From the NCBI RefSeq assembly GCF_009914755.1, contig NC_060933.1: DNA of 64,000 nt. One strand, written 5' to 3'. Positions 1-13,761 of this stretch are shown here, piece after piece. The translations under genes and the position numbers were made by a program. Under the pieces are notes generated by a model that ran no database searches, was not told the origin of the DNA, and worked only from the letters and a program-made list of their open reading frames with translations. Positions within the stretch are counted from its first letter, which is position 1. Every line of letters begins with the position of its first letter. The stretch is from the human T2T-CHM13v2.0 reference genome, Homo sapiens.

Positions 1-2086
1 TCTTCCCAGGTGGTGCAGACACCCCCTCCCTCCTTTTCCCTCTCCAGGCCCACAGCCTCCCCAGAGCCCAGGTAGGGAAGGTCCAGATGTACTGTAACAG
101 GATTGCTCATCCCAGGCTATCTCAGAAGTCTGGAAAGCAGGCCTAGAAGGTTGCTGGGCTCTCTGAAGCCAGGCAGGAAGCTACAAATTGGATCCCAGTT
201 CCCACAGCACCCCTGGGCTAGGGGTTGGCTTCTCAGCTCCCCTTCCACCTGGCCCTAGTTGGCCCCTGTGGCAGCAGCTGTGGGGCTGAAAAGGGGGAAG
301 AACTGGGTCCAACGCCAGCTCGTCTATGCCTGGGCTGTGCCAGGGAAGCAGAGGAAAGTGGGTGGGCTGTGCACAGGAGGTGAGGTCCCCCTTAAAAGGC
401 ACTGTGGGAGCTGAGGTCTAAGATGGGGGGGCATCTAAACTATCTCAGGGACCCCCTGAACGCTCACAGGTAGAGAGGGGTCAGGCCTAGCAATGGAAAA
501 ACAGCTCCTGCAGGCCTGCTGCCCCGCCAGTGCCTCTTGCTGTACTACCACCTTCGCCTTCCTGCTGGCGGCCTGCAAAACCAGCCAAGCTGGAGGCCAC
601 AGCAGCAGTTGGCAAGGCTGGTCCCCATCTGGTGCCCACCCTCCACGTCAAGGCACTTTTGTCCATTTTCCAATCAAGTGAGTCAGTTTCTAATATCTCT
701 GGAAGCAGCAAAACATCAGGGGTCCTCTTCCCCCTCCCAATTTTGGTTTCCCTCCAGATGAGGCAGAATTTGAATGTTGGTTCCAAAAATTCTCTTTCAA
801 ACCCCCACTGGCAAGGGCTTCCCTTTGAGGGAACCGAATGATGCAGGCTCTTTAAAAATTTCAACCTATCCCAAAAAGTGATTGTCCATTTCAGGGCAGG
901 GCAAGGGATATGAAAGAGGGTGAGTCCCCTGTGCTTCCCTATGGGACCAATGCTGGTTGATGGGCTGAAAGAAGGAGCGGCCACTGAGCTTTCACATTTA
1001 GTTGCAGCACCTGGGCCCTGGAAGTGGGCCAAGGGAAAGCCAAGGGAGGAGCCAGCAGGCCCAGAGGGACGGTGTGGCTCTGTGTGTGTACACTTGGGCA
1101 TGTGGTGGTGTGGCCGTGTGGGGTTGTCTGCATGCCTAGAGCTGAAAGTACAACACATGTGGATGGAAGCTTGTGCGAGTGGGTGTGTATTGTCTGCTGT
1201 GTGGTGTCTGGTGGGTCTGGGGATGGGAGGCACCAGAAACAGGTTTAGCAAGACATGGTTTCCCTCCCACCACTACCACCCCCCACCCCCGTCCCCCAGG
1301 TTTGGAAGGATGCCTCCATTCCAGCAAGGCCAGGCCCAGCTCTATGGCGACTGAGGGGGTGAGGCCAGAGAACAGAAGACTTCTGGGACCTCCAAAGCTG
1401 ACATTGGCAGCCTTCACTCTCAGCCTTAATACCTGGGCCCTGGTGCTGGTGCCTTCTGAGGCAGACCCAGCCCTTTACTCTTCAGATCCTCACAGGCTTT
1501 CACAGGGGCTCTCTCCCATCCCACCACCTCTCTCCGAGGGTAGTGGGGAGTGGCAGGAAAGTGGAAGAGAAAAGCACTGAGCAGCATCCTCTTATCCACC
1601 TTCTCCCATGCTCTCTCAAAGGTGCCTGTTATGTAGTCCCTGGGAGGACTGGCTGCCCCACGGGTCACGTGTGAAGGGGATCCAGTGGAGGGACAGCTGT
1701 GCACACACAGGATGTGCGAACACACCCAGAAAGGGGCGAGAGAGGTCAAGGCACACAACTGGGGACAAAGACCTGGGCCTCAGGAGGAAGGGTCCCAGCG
1801 CAGGGGACACAAGGTCAGAGAACAGATAAACAGAGTTTGAGGGGGTGTGGAGTGTGTAGAGACACAGGCACAGGGGTAACGAGCCTGAGGAGGCCCTGGA
1901 ACAGAGCTGGTACAGCAGAGAGACGCAGGCCTTGGCCTGGCAGGCAGGCAGGCAGGGCATTCTGCCAGGCACTTGCAGCTCTGTCCTGCTTCCTTCTCCC
2001 ACCCCAGCCTGGAGAAAGCTGGGGAGCCTATGGCTTCTGCTGCTCCTCCTTTGGTTTTCAGGACCCCTGGCACCCCCGGGGGCTAG
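1..2086 (-). other. PHF19: PHF19 3' UTR (continues beyond the left edge of the window)
   Basis: Lies directly downstream of the TGA at 2087-2089. No canonical minus-strand AATAAA was seen before position 1. Confidence 0.8.
1554..1642 (+). repeat. 89-bp local direct duplicate, copy 1 (PHF19 3' UTR)
   Basis: Matches 2516-2604 with 4 substitutions. Confidence 0.95.
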
Positions 2087-2429
2087 TCAGTAAGGGGTGG
2101 TCCCTTCCCACTCCACCAGGTACTGAACCTTGCCCTCAGGTGTGACCCTCCGAGCCAACACCTGGTACTTCTCCCCACAGGCCAACCGCCCAGCTGCACC
2201 AAAGTAGTTGGTGATAGATGACTTGAGGTGGGACAGGGATGAGTCATCTTCACTGATGCTCTCAAATGTGTGGCTGTCAATGCCTTCGTCTGGCCGCTCG
2301 GGGACTGAAGCCCCCTCTGCACTGCTGTCCGAGGGGCAGCGTCCATCCAGCTCAGCTGCCCACCGCTTTGCCCGCAGGGGCATGTATGCCTTGGCTGCCA
2401 GCTTCCTCTTTCGGCTGCCCACTGTCCAT
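2087..2429 (-). CDS. PHF19: PHF19 terminal coding exon (exon 15), C-terminal chromo-like/RC region that binds SUZ12
   Basis: AG acceptor at 2430-2431. Encodes WTVGSRKRK...[15 protein letters not shown], with TGA at 2087-2089. Confidence 0.97.
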
Positions 2430-2515
2430 CTGTATCAGAAGTGGGAGAGGAAGATGATGAGAATGAGGTAGAACAATCACAGTAAATTCCTCTCCCTGAG
2501 TCCTCCCCTCAGTAC

Positions 2516-2604
2516 CAGGAAAGTGGAAGAGAAAAGCGCTGAACAGCATTCTCTTATCCATCTTCTCCCATGCTCTCTCAAAGGTGCCTGTTATGTAGTC
2601 CCTG
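2516..2604 (+). repeat. 89-bp local direct duplicate, copy 2 (PHF19 intron 14)
   Basis: Matches 1554-1642. Confidence 0.95.
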
Positions 2605-2637
2605 AGATAATCTATGCCTTGGGCATAGATTATCTCA
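2603..2637. repeat. Perfect 16-bp inverted repeat, 3-nt loop
   Basis: tgagataatctatgcc-ttg-ggcatagattatctca. Confidence 0.95.
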
Positions 2638-2953
2638 CCAGATCCTCACAAGAGCCCTGCGAGGAGGGAAACTGAGGGTCCAGAGGAGAAAACCAGGTAG
2701 GGAGTGGCAGAGCCAGGATTCAAACGTAAGAACGTCCAACTCCAAAGCATATGCTCTTAGAGCTAGGATCCCGGCACTGCAAAAGCACAAGAGCACCATT
2801 CTCTGAGCCTCCTGAGGCCATGCAGTGCAGAGGCCCTGCTTATCCCACCTTGCCTCTCACCAGACTGGTGGAACAAGATAGGTCACATAGGGCTGGGGGT
2901 TAGGGACTGAAGGACCCTGTACCCTAGAGCCTGGATGGAGAGACTGACAGACA

Positions 2954-2954
<1 letters not shown>

Positions 2955-3005
<51 letters not shown>
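2955..3005. repeat. (CA)n microsatellite
   Basis: About 25 uninterrupted CA units. Confidence 0.98.
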
Positions 3006-3007
<2 letters not shown>

Positions 3008-3063
3008 GTGTTAGAGAAATGGACACACAGACACACAGGACAAGGCACAGATTCAGATGCTTA

Positions 3064-3267
<204 letters not shown>

Positions 3268-3378
3268 CAACCAACAAACAGGAAGAAAGAAAAAACAGGC
3301 AACAGCAGAGGACACCTAGACAGATGTCAAGAGACACAGACTCCAAGACAGACCTCTACAGGCATTATACCATTGTCC

Positions 3379-3567
3379 TTTTTTTTTTTTTTTTTTTTTT
3401 GAGATGGAGTCCTACTCTGTCACCCAGCTAATTTTTTTTGTATTTTTAGTAGAGGCGGGGTTTCACCATGTTGGCCAGGCTGCTCTTGAACTACTGACCT
3501 CAGGTAATCTGCCCACCTTGGCCTCCCAAAGTGCTAGGATGACAGGCATGAGCCACCGTGCCTGGCC
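3379..3567 (-). mobile_element. Alu with internal deletion of most of the right arm
   Basis: poly-T, then gagatggagtc...cacccag|ctaatttt. TSD-like aggcattatac on both sides. Confidence 0.9.
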
Positions 3568-4236
3568 AGGCATTATACTTTTAATTCTACTTTTGCAAGG
3601 GCCTCAAGTATCTTAAAATACAGTGCAGCTTGAGTGCAGAGGAAAGCCCTGTGCTCGACCACTCCCCGTACTGCTGAGGACCAGCTGTTGCCAGACCAGT
3701 TGTACTGGAGATAGGCCCCCAGGGATTTCTGTCCCCACTCCTAAATCTTCCACCCTGCAGGATGCCATCTTCTGTCAGGCTTCTAAATAAACGGCTCTTT
3801 CCCTTAGAGACCCCGGAAGACAGGCACCATATTCAGACAGCCAAGAATCAAGGTCAGGGAACTCTGTAGTCCAAGAGGCAGAGAGACACCCAAGCTCATG
3901 GCACGTGGAGGCCAAAAGTGAAAGAAACTCTGGTCCAACAACCCCAGAACTGGAATCGTCCAGTGAGAGGTGTGTACAAGCTTCTGCAGCAGGTGAAGCA
4001 TTCCAAAGGGATGGAACCACGGGAGGCTGAATGCCTATACTTAGGTCCCATCTAAAGCCCCGTGACTCAGAACCAGAGGGTCCGAGAGCCAGACTCACAA
4101 TTGCAGAAGGCCAGGTACTCCCCGCCAGAGACTGAGACACATAGAATGAGCCACACATTACAGAAGTGGGAGGTGGAGGGGCTGAGAGGAATGATGGTCC
4201 TTGCAAAATGTGAAGGCCAGACCTCTAGGAAGCTCA

Positions 4237-4422
<186 letters not shown>

Positions 4423-5229
4423 TCATCCCAGTGGAGGCCCGTCTTCCCACAGCTGAGCTTCCCACCACCACACCTGTCTGTTTCCTACCCAGCCACCCTT
4501 CAAAGTCCAAGAAGTCAAAAAAACCTCCTGGAGCACCCTCCCCTGGCGGTGACGTAAGCACTGGTGTCAATAACTCGAGCGTGATCCAAGGCACCTGTGC
4601 AACACTTCACAGGTCAAAAGTGCTTTCATTTGCATTATCTTGTTTGAGGAAAAGAGCTGAGGAGGTTCAGAGAGGTTAAGGGATTTAGGTAAAACTACAT
4701 AGCTAGTACTGATAAGCAGGGTCTGGAGTTCAGGTCTGACTCTAAAGCCCTCCTCTGTGTCCTCAGGAAAATACTAAATGACCTTTAATAATTTGGAAAA
4801 TAAAATGATGGAAGATGCAGTTCCTCCCTTGGACATACTTAAGCATGGGGTGCTATGGAACTACAAAGGAGGGCGTCCAGCACAGCCTGGGGAGGGTTAG
4901 TAAAGCCTTCCTGGAAGAAGCAGGGTCCTGAGTTTTCAGATGGGCTAGGGCAAGGCAAAGGGTATCTCAGGCAGAGGGAGCAATACGAGCAAAGATGAGC
5001 AAGCATCAAACAGCATGGTGAGTGTGGATAACCATGGGGCAAGGTGGGGAGGGCTGGAGAAGAGGGGAGGGCTGTGGTGCTCTGGGAACAGGGATGTTAT
5101 GCTGAAAGCTCTACTGCAAAAAGCCCCTTCAGACAGACCTGCACAGCAGGGATCCTTTTAACTGAGGGCTTGGCTTTCTGCTTGGTTCCCTCCCTGTCTC
5201 CAGAGCAGACCTCTGTGCTAGGTCCCTCA

Positions 5230-5394
<165 letters not shown>

Positions 5395-5990
5395 CTATCC
5401 AGCCAGGGCCGCTGAGGGCTGGGCCCTCCCTAGGGTAAGACCATCACCTTTATTCCAAGTCCTGACCAGGGAGCCAAAGTCATCCCAGTTCTAGCCCTGC
5501 CTTTGTCTCTAGCTGACTGTACGACCTTCACGTCTCTGGACCTCAGTTACTTCAACTGCAAAATGGGGACAATAACCCCTGCCTTGCTTCACTCTTACAG
5601 ATGTCAGGAAGTGCAGTAAAATTAAATAATGCTTCTAAACCGCAAAGTGCTGGGACATGAGGCATTGCTAATACTACTGCCCACAGGGAGGGCTTCAGGG
5701 AGGTGGTGGGGTTACTGAAGGAGGAAAGAAAGTGCTCTGGAACCCTGGTTCCAGGCTGGGCTCTGCCACTTTGATGTGTGGCCTCAGGAAAGTCACTGCC
5801 CCACCCTTCCCTCAGTGTCCCTACCTGGACAGTGGGGACAAGAATATTACCTGCCTTTGCCCCCCAACTTTGGATTCCTGGGAGAACTTGGGGGGAGATA
5901 AAGCAGGGGTCTTAGAGTGCCTGGCTTAGCTGTAATAGGGACTGGCTTCTTTAAGGGACATGAGAGAGTCCTCTGGGCCTGGGGGACTTA

Positions 5991-6314
<324 letters not shown>

Positions 6315-6735
6315 TCAGGAGCAGTAGGGGTGGGAAGGTGTGGAGAAGGTATAGTGGGCAGAAAAAGAAAAGGTGCCTCCCCAGGCACATGCATCCAGAT
6401 GCCCTGCCCCCCAGTGCCAGGATGAGGGGGCTCAGCTGAGCCAGGAGAGAGAGGGACCCCTCACACACCCTGCCTTCCCCTTCACCTCCTTGCCCAAGTC
6501 CTAATCCAGCAAGGCTGGGTCCTCAGATCTGGCTTTTCCTCCTTGCGAGGTAATAAGGGGGCTGTGGTGGTGAAAGGAGTTGGGGATCTGGGATCTGGGA
6601 TCCCGCTCAGCCACTATCTAGCCCTCTCAGGGTCCTACAGCTGGGACTGGCTGGGTGCAGGTCCTCCTTGCTTGCTTGGAAGCAGAGAAACCGAGTTTGG
6701 CGGCAGCCCTGGCCCCTGGGTCCCCGAGCACTGAC

Positions 6736-6897
6736 CCAGGCTTGCTCTTTCCTCTCTTACGCAGCTCAGAGGAGGCGCTGTTCTCATTTGGCAGCAGTCC
6801 TTTGTCAGGCAGCAGCTTCCCTGGCGGGTTGGGTGGGACGCGGATGCGCAGGCGGAAGATGCACTTCTTCTTCTTGATCTCCTTGCCGCAGAGGAAC
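6736..6897 (-). CDS. PHF19: PHF19 exon 11 (end of the EH/winged-helix domain)
   Basis: 162 nt, AG/GT. Encodes [27 protein letters not shown]...RGKSKPG. Confidence 0.95.
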
Positions 6898-7332
6898 CTG
6901 GGGGTGGGCAGTGGGAGGAAGAAGCTCTGGAGTCTGTCAGTCCATCCTCCTGGGGAGTGGGGTCAAGCATGACACAAGCCTCTCTGCCTCCTTGGACCCA
7001 GAGCTAAAATCCGGATGGTCTCTGCAGATGCTGACTTCCTCAAAGCCCATGGGATGCGGGGTTCCAGGTAGCAGCTGAGAACACGGCTGGTGCCTCCTCC
7101 CTGTGCTTCCTCCTGCATGAGTGTGGTTCTTGCTGCTCTTCTCCCTTTTGTTTGCCTCAACCAGCCCCAAGGCCACCTCCTGCAGGAAGCCCTCCTCCAG
7201 CTTACAGTGGAACTCCTATGGTCAAGATACTGGAATCTACTTCATTCTGTTCTCTGGTTTCCCCAGGAGACTGAAAGCAACACCGGCTGGGCTCCTCTGA
7301 GGCTGCAGAAGTGACTTAGACACAGCCCTACC

Positions 7333-7412
7333 CTCTTTAGTACAAGAGGCCACCTGCCCTCCCAATAGAGGACTGTCCATTGGGAGGGCAGGTGGCCTCT
7401 TGTACTGAAGAG
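7333..7412. repeat. 34-bp inverted repeat (1 mismatch), 12-nt loop
   Basis: ctctttagtacaagaggccacctgccctcccaat / attgggagggcaggtggcctcttgtactgaagag. Confidence 0.95.
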
Positions 7413-8196
7413 CAGAGCTTTGTCTGGGCCCTAAACCATGAGAATGTGGAAGAGAGAGTGGATAATTCTACCCAGAGGTGTCTGGAAGAGTTTCAGCGAT
7501 GAGGACCTTATTTTATTCCCCACCATGACCTCAGCACCCAGACAGGCCCGACATAGAACAGCAACTCAATGAATACTTGTTGATGGAACGAATGAGTAAA
7601 AAAGACTGAGGCACATCCTAGACAAAGGGCAGAGCATGAGTAAAAGTGCCAGGTAGGAAACCAAGGACTCAGGATGGCTGGCACCCAGAATACAGAAAGC
7701 AAAGGGACAGCGGCAGAGGACGCGGGCACAGCCTGGTCTTAAAAGGCCTTGAGTGCCAGGTTCAGGAGGCTGGGCATGCCTCTGTGGTGTAGTGAGGGAC
7801 ATGGCCAGCTGTGTGTGCTGAGAACCCTGGATGGGAAGACAGGGGCTGAGGGATGTCTTCCACCCGAGGATGTAGCCCACCCGAGATGATGCACCCATCC
7901 CTCAGTGCCTGGCCCCCAAGGCCTAGATGTCTAGAGCCGGAGGGGCCCTCAGAGAGCAGGGGTGCAGCCCCCCTACAGAGCTGAGCCCAGTACCAAAATA
8001 CGGCAGGCTGCTGGGGTGGTTGGAGTGGCTGTGCAAAGGAGGTGGGGTACCCCCTGGATCTCGGAGAATGGAAATGATTCAGAGAGAAGGGGAGTATCAG
8101 AGAGGCAGGGAGCATAGCCTGAGCAAAGGCTATGAGGTAGGAAGGAATCTCACCTGTAGAGGGCCCCACCACACTCCCTCCCCTCCCTGCACGCAC

Positions 8197-8264
8197 CGGC
8201 TTTTATAACTGTTCAGAGCGTTGAGGAGATGTGGTCCTCGATCTGTCACTGGGGTGCTGGTGAG
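8197..8264 (-). CDS. PHF19: PHF19 exon 10
   Basis: 68 nt, AG/GT. Encodes [23 protein letters not shown]. Confidence 0.95.
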
Positions 8265-8449
8265 CTGTGGGAGAGCAGGCCAGCAGGACATCAGACCCAG
8301 GCATATGGCGCATGGGGAGGCCCAAGCCCCTACTCCCTCCCTTCCATCTCCTGATGCTTCTGAGTCCTTCAGGTGAGGACCACTGACTCACTCCAGGATC
8401 TCAGAAAAGCCTTTTCACCTCTCCAAGTTCATTCCCATTTGTAAATGGA

Positions 8450-9120
<671 letters not shown>

Positions 9121-9858
9121 GTTACTAAAAACCAACTCTACGTATCTTTTAAGGTTTTATAATATCTATTTTTTTAAAAAAATTATCAAATACTGTAAAT
9201 GAAGATGTTATTACATGAAATATTTTGCAAAGCATAAAGGTTATTCTTTTTAAATTCCTTTTCATCAAAGAAAGATTTGGGGCAGTCCATAGAGAAGATG
9301 CCTCACTCTGTATGTGGTGGAGAGGATTCTAAGGATGTCATTAGGGAAAAGAAGACACAGCACCCCCGTGGGAGTGATTAGGGAGGCCCTGGCTCCAGCT
9401 CTGGCTCAGCCTCAAAGCTCTGCTGACCACGGGCAAGTCACTCTGCAACTCTGACATTCCGAAAGTCTCCGTTTGTAATTTCACTCCGTGGATCTGAGGC
9501 TTCCAAGGCCCTTGGTGACCCACTATTTAGCATAGGATCAGCAGTGGGCAGACCCACTCCATGTTGCAACCTAGCCAGGAAATCTGGAGTGGGTCAAACA
9601 CTCAGCAGAGAGCTGTGTTCCAGCCAGACTTGATCTAGGGCCTCAGCTCCCCTCCACTGAACTGGGGAGGCCCCAACCTGCCCACTGCCAAAATCTGGGA
9701 TTAGGAAGGCCCTTAAAGGACACAAGATCAGAGGCCTGGACTCAGGGATGCAGCAACTCAAGGGTGAGAGTTCAGAGACTTCCATCCTAGTCCTGCACTG
9801 CGTGGCCCTGGGCAAACCTCTCTGCCTCCTGCCACTGACATCCCACAACCCCACATAC

Positions 9859-9979
9859 CTTGCCAAGCTGCAGGAGCTCCCAGTGGTGGTTGACAAAGGC
9901 CAGAATCTCCTCAAAGTCAAAGTACTTCTTCTTGCTCTGTACCCCCAGATTATAGAGGGCCAGGTGAACCACATCCACC
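9859..9979 (-). CDS. PHF19: PHF19 exon 9 (EH domain)
   Basis: 121 nt, AG/GT. Encodes [40 protein letters not shown]. Confidence 0.96.
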
Positions 9980-10176
9980 CTGGGCAAGGGGGCAAGGAGG
10001 TGGGACCAGGTGAGGTGGCAGCCTGCTCAGCCAGGGTCACAGCTTTCTGGGTCCAGGCTGAGAGACAGGGGCAGGGTTGGGACCCAGTAGCTGGAAATGG
10101 AATTGTTCCAGGAGGGAGGAGGGAGGGGAGAAGCTGGGAGGAGCAGCGGTGGTTGGACTAAGCCCCACCCTCTCAC

Positions 10177-10245
10177 CATCGCAGGGGCAGCCTCTCGATG
10201 TACTCTGGGCCCTGGTTACACACGGAGCAGAAGAACAGGTAAAAC
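10177..10245 (-). CDS. PHF19: PHF19 exon 8
   Basis: 69 nt, AG/GT. Encodes [23 protein letters not shown]. Confidence 0.95.
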
Positions 10246-11018
10246 CTGTGGGTGGGTAGAGACGGGGGCCTATGGTGGGAGGGGCTCTGACACCCCCACC
10301 CCAGTCCAGCCCCTTGATCTCCTCATTCCCCACCTACCTTCCCATAATCTTCTCACTCCTAGGACTGCTGGCCACTGGGGGTCAAGGACAGGGCAGGACA
10401 GGGACTAAGAGATACCCCATATTCCTTCTAACCCATGCCCTCAATCTCCTTCCCAAATCTTGCCCTGAAGCGTGGCTGAGTTCACAGAGAGTGAGCTGAG
10501 CTAGGCTGGGCTGCCATGGTCACCCTCTTCCCCTCTGAGACAGCCACACACGCAATCACAAATGACATGAGACACCAACCAAAAGATGCATAACATCAGG
10601 TTTGACATCCATAAGGACTCCATTAGCTTTGCTCCGTCGGTTAGAAGCCACATTAAGCCATCCATTTCCCCAGTGACTCCCACAGCAACCCTGGGCAGGG
10701 CTGGCGCAAGGACTGTGTCATCCCTTCTTCCCCAGACACTTAAGAGACTAGGGCATAGGGAAGGCAGGCATTTATCTAAGGTACTCCAGAAATCAATGGC
10801 AACTAGGGATGTGGCCCAGCATACTTCTTTATTGCCTCCTGGCCCTGCATAGCTAGGGGATCCCCTACCTTGAGCTGCCTCCAGTAAACAGGTAGGCATA
10901 CATTGTCACAGACCTCCTCTTGTCTGGAGCCTGGCAGTCAACCTGCAGGAGTTGTTGCTGCCATCCCTGCCCTCTCCCCACCACGCCCAAGGCCCACTTG
11001 GACCAAATTAGCACCTAC

Positions 11019-11114
11019 CGGTCTCCAAACATCATGGGCTCATTGAGGCACTGGGTGCAGGCCTCGTGGAACCACTGCCTGCACCGGTAACATTGCAGCA
11101 TCCGCAGGTACCAT
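11019..11114 (-). CDS. PHF19: PHF19 exon 7 (PHD2)
   Basis: 96 nt, AG/GT. Encodes [32 protein letters not shown]. Confidence 0.96.
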
Positions 11115-11649
11115 CTGGAGAGACAGAGGAGCCAAGGTCAGCCAGGACCACACCCCCAGTCAGGTATGAGCTTCGGCAACCTTTCCCAAGTTAAATTTGC
11201 CCTCCACTGGCAGAAAGGGAAGAGAATTCAGTTACTGAGCACTTAGGCTGTGCCAAGGGAGGACCTGAGAGTTGGACATATACTCTCATTTCACCTCACC
11301 ACCTGGTAAAAGATGGGACACTGTCCCCATATTACAGATAAGTCACAGGTGAAATGGCTTGCCCTAGCTCACAGGCAAGTGGAGGATGGTGATTCAAATT
11401 CTGGTTTCCCTAACTTCAGAGGCTGTGCTCTCCTTGCCATGCCACAATGAAGCCACCATTTCTGGACTTGCTGCTTCCCAAACACTGCTGACAGGGAAAC
11501 GTTTGCCTTGGAGACTTCACGGGAGAATAATGGTTTCTGTAAGCTGCACGGGGGCAAGACTACATCTGGCTTTTCTCACCTGCAACTGTATCTGGCCTAT
11601 CATGGTCATCCAACAACTATTCATGGAATATGAAGAGCAAAATGCTCAA

Positions 11650-11800
11650 TGCTTCATTGACACCTTGTCAGGTGAGCTCCAGGTTAAAACGCAGATTCCT
11701 TGGTCCACTGCAGACCTATTCAATCTTTGGGGAAGCCTCTGGGATGCATTTTTAACAAGCATCCTGTGCAACTCTGCCCATAGGCGTTGAGAAACACTGC
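11650..11800. mobile_element. MER5-like DNA transposon relic
   Basis: aaacgcagattcct...gcatttttaacaagc...ttgagaaacactgc. Confidence 0.6.
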
Positions 11801-12230
11801 ATTAATGCAGGAAAGGTTTCCATAAGCATTTCTCCATCTGACAATACTTGGGGAAGCTCATGGGCCTGAAGTTAAGGTTAAGCCCATTTGAGAGATGAAG
11901 TAGTTCAAGCTTTGCCCAAGTTACCCAGCTGGAGCTTGGGGCTGAGATTCAGGACTTCAGGGGGTCCTGACGGCTGAACTTCCTGAGGGCAGAGACCCTC
12001 CCTCTTACATCTGTGGTTCCTTCCACAATGCCACGTGCACTCAGCCCAAAGAAGCAAGCTCAACTGCCATGGCTACATAGAGGCCCAGGTCGGCAAGGAA
12101 GAATCAAAGACTCTTGCCGCAGAGCCAGGACAAGAATTCCCTCCACAGTGGCCCCGACATAGCATGCCCCGCCCCCCGGCCCCCTACCCCTGCCTGATTG
12201 CACATCTCCAGGGAAAAGAATCTTTTCTAT

Positions 12231-12382
12231 TTTTGGAGACAGGGTCGTCCTGCTTTGTCGCCCAGGCTGGAGTACAGTGGCATGATCACAGCTCACTGCA
12301 GCCTCCATCTCCCAAGCTCAAGTGATCCTCCCACCTCAGCCTCCTACGAAGCTGGGACTACAGGCGTGTGCCACCGCGCCAG
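12231..12382 (-). mobile_element. Alu monomer (FRAM/AluJ-like)
   Basis: Matches the Alu right-arm consensus. Confidence 0.9.
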
Positions 12383-12989
12383 GCGGGAAAAGGATCTTCA
12401 TATCTCACCAGCAGCCGGTTCCACTGACTCTGACTGTGAAAAGGTTATCTTGACTTTCATGCATTAGTACCACCACTACCACCAGTAACAGCTCACATTT
12501 TTTTTGTTTACCAAATGCCAGGCACTATGAGAACCTCTATGTGAATTACGTAATTCATGCTCTGCTCATAATCACCACATGATGGGGAAACTATTCAGAG
12601 AGCTGAGGCTAAGGGGTTGCACAGCTGGTAAGGAGCAGAGCTAGGACGTGGACGTCCTGGGAGGATTCGCACTGTGTCCGGCCCAGGCTCTTAACCACTC
12701 TTCAATACTTCCTCGTTTCCTACAAAGCTCCAAGGTAACACCTCTGCCCTCCAGCCCTGCTCCACAGTGCTAGATGCCACGCGGAGCCGGCCTTCTGTTC
12801 TCCCCTTGAGGTCCCGCCCCCTCGGGCCCCACCCCGAGCCCTTCCCTTCAGGGACCGCCCCTTGAGGCCTCGCCTCCTCAGGTCCTGTTCCCGAGGCCTT
12901 ACTATTCCCTCCTCCCCACCCCGCCCCTCCACAGGGTGCTTCTCGACCTGCCTCACCTCCCTGGGGCCCTGCTTGGGCGGTCGCAACCC

Positions 12990-13235
12990 GCCAGGCCCGC
13001 CTCCCGAGGCCTCGCCCCAAGGTCTAACCTTCCGGGCCCGCCCCCCGAGGCCCCGCCCTCAGGTCCAATCTTCCGGGCCCACCCCTCGAGGCCCCGCCTC
13101 CGCAGCGGCTGACCCCCCCCTCCCCGAGTCCCGCCCCCGAGGCCCCACCCCCGCGGCTGACACTCCAGGCCCGCCCCTCGAGGCCCCGCCCCCACAGCGC
13201 AACACACTGGGCCCGCCCTCAAGGTCCCCGCCTTG
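12990..13235. repeat. Degenerate GC-rich ~41-bp minisatellite / GC-box array
   Basis: Units of ccRggcccRccccYcgaggccccgccc... start at 12991, 13032, 13073, 13165 and 13207. Confidence 0.75.
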
Positions 13236-13330
13236 GCTGACACGCCAGGCTCGCTCCCTATGGGCGGTCCCTGCTGGCGATTCTTGGAGACCTGCCCTGC
13301 CGCCCGGGGGGCCCTGACCCCCTGCCTTAC

Positions 13331-13479
13331 TCTCCGGGCCCGCCGCAGTAGCAGTAGCATTGCTGCTGGTTGGTGCGATGGGGCGAGTCCCACTCGAGCT
13401 CCTCGGGCTGGTAGGACAGCACCATCTTCACGGCCTGCAGCGTCCTGGCGATGGCGCCCTTCTTCAGCGCGCCGCCTTT
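13331..13479 (-). CDS. PHF19: PHF19 exon 6
   Basis: 149 nt, AG/GT. Encodes [49 protein letters not shown]. Confidence 0.96.
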
Positions 13480-13761
13480 CTGGGGGGAGACGAGGGCCCC
13501 AGTCAACCACCACGTCCGGGTGGACCACGCGAGTCAGCACGCGGCTGTCTATTGAGGGAAGTGCTGCCAGGGCTTGGGGGACCCGCAGATATTCCAATAT
13601 AGTCAGAAAAGCAAGGAGCTTTTTCTCATTAATTCCAAACCCATCCCCTCTATCCCAGAAGGAACTCCGTTGATAACAGAATTAAGAGTAATAAGCGCAA
13701 TAAAGGCAACAATTACCAACATGTATTTACATGGATTTTCTTTTTTAATAGTAAAGCATCA

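Noticed and set aside
487-1251. 254-aa minus-strand ORF in the PHF19 3' UTR
   Set aside because: TTG start, partly CA/GT-rich sequence, no homology that I recognise. Treated as a chance ORF unless Ribo-seq shows otherwise.
12953-13597. 214-aa ORF spanning PHF19 exon 6
   Set aside because: Non-ATG start, out of frame with the exon, and extended by the GC-rich minisatellite.
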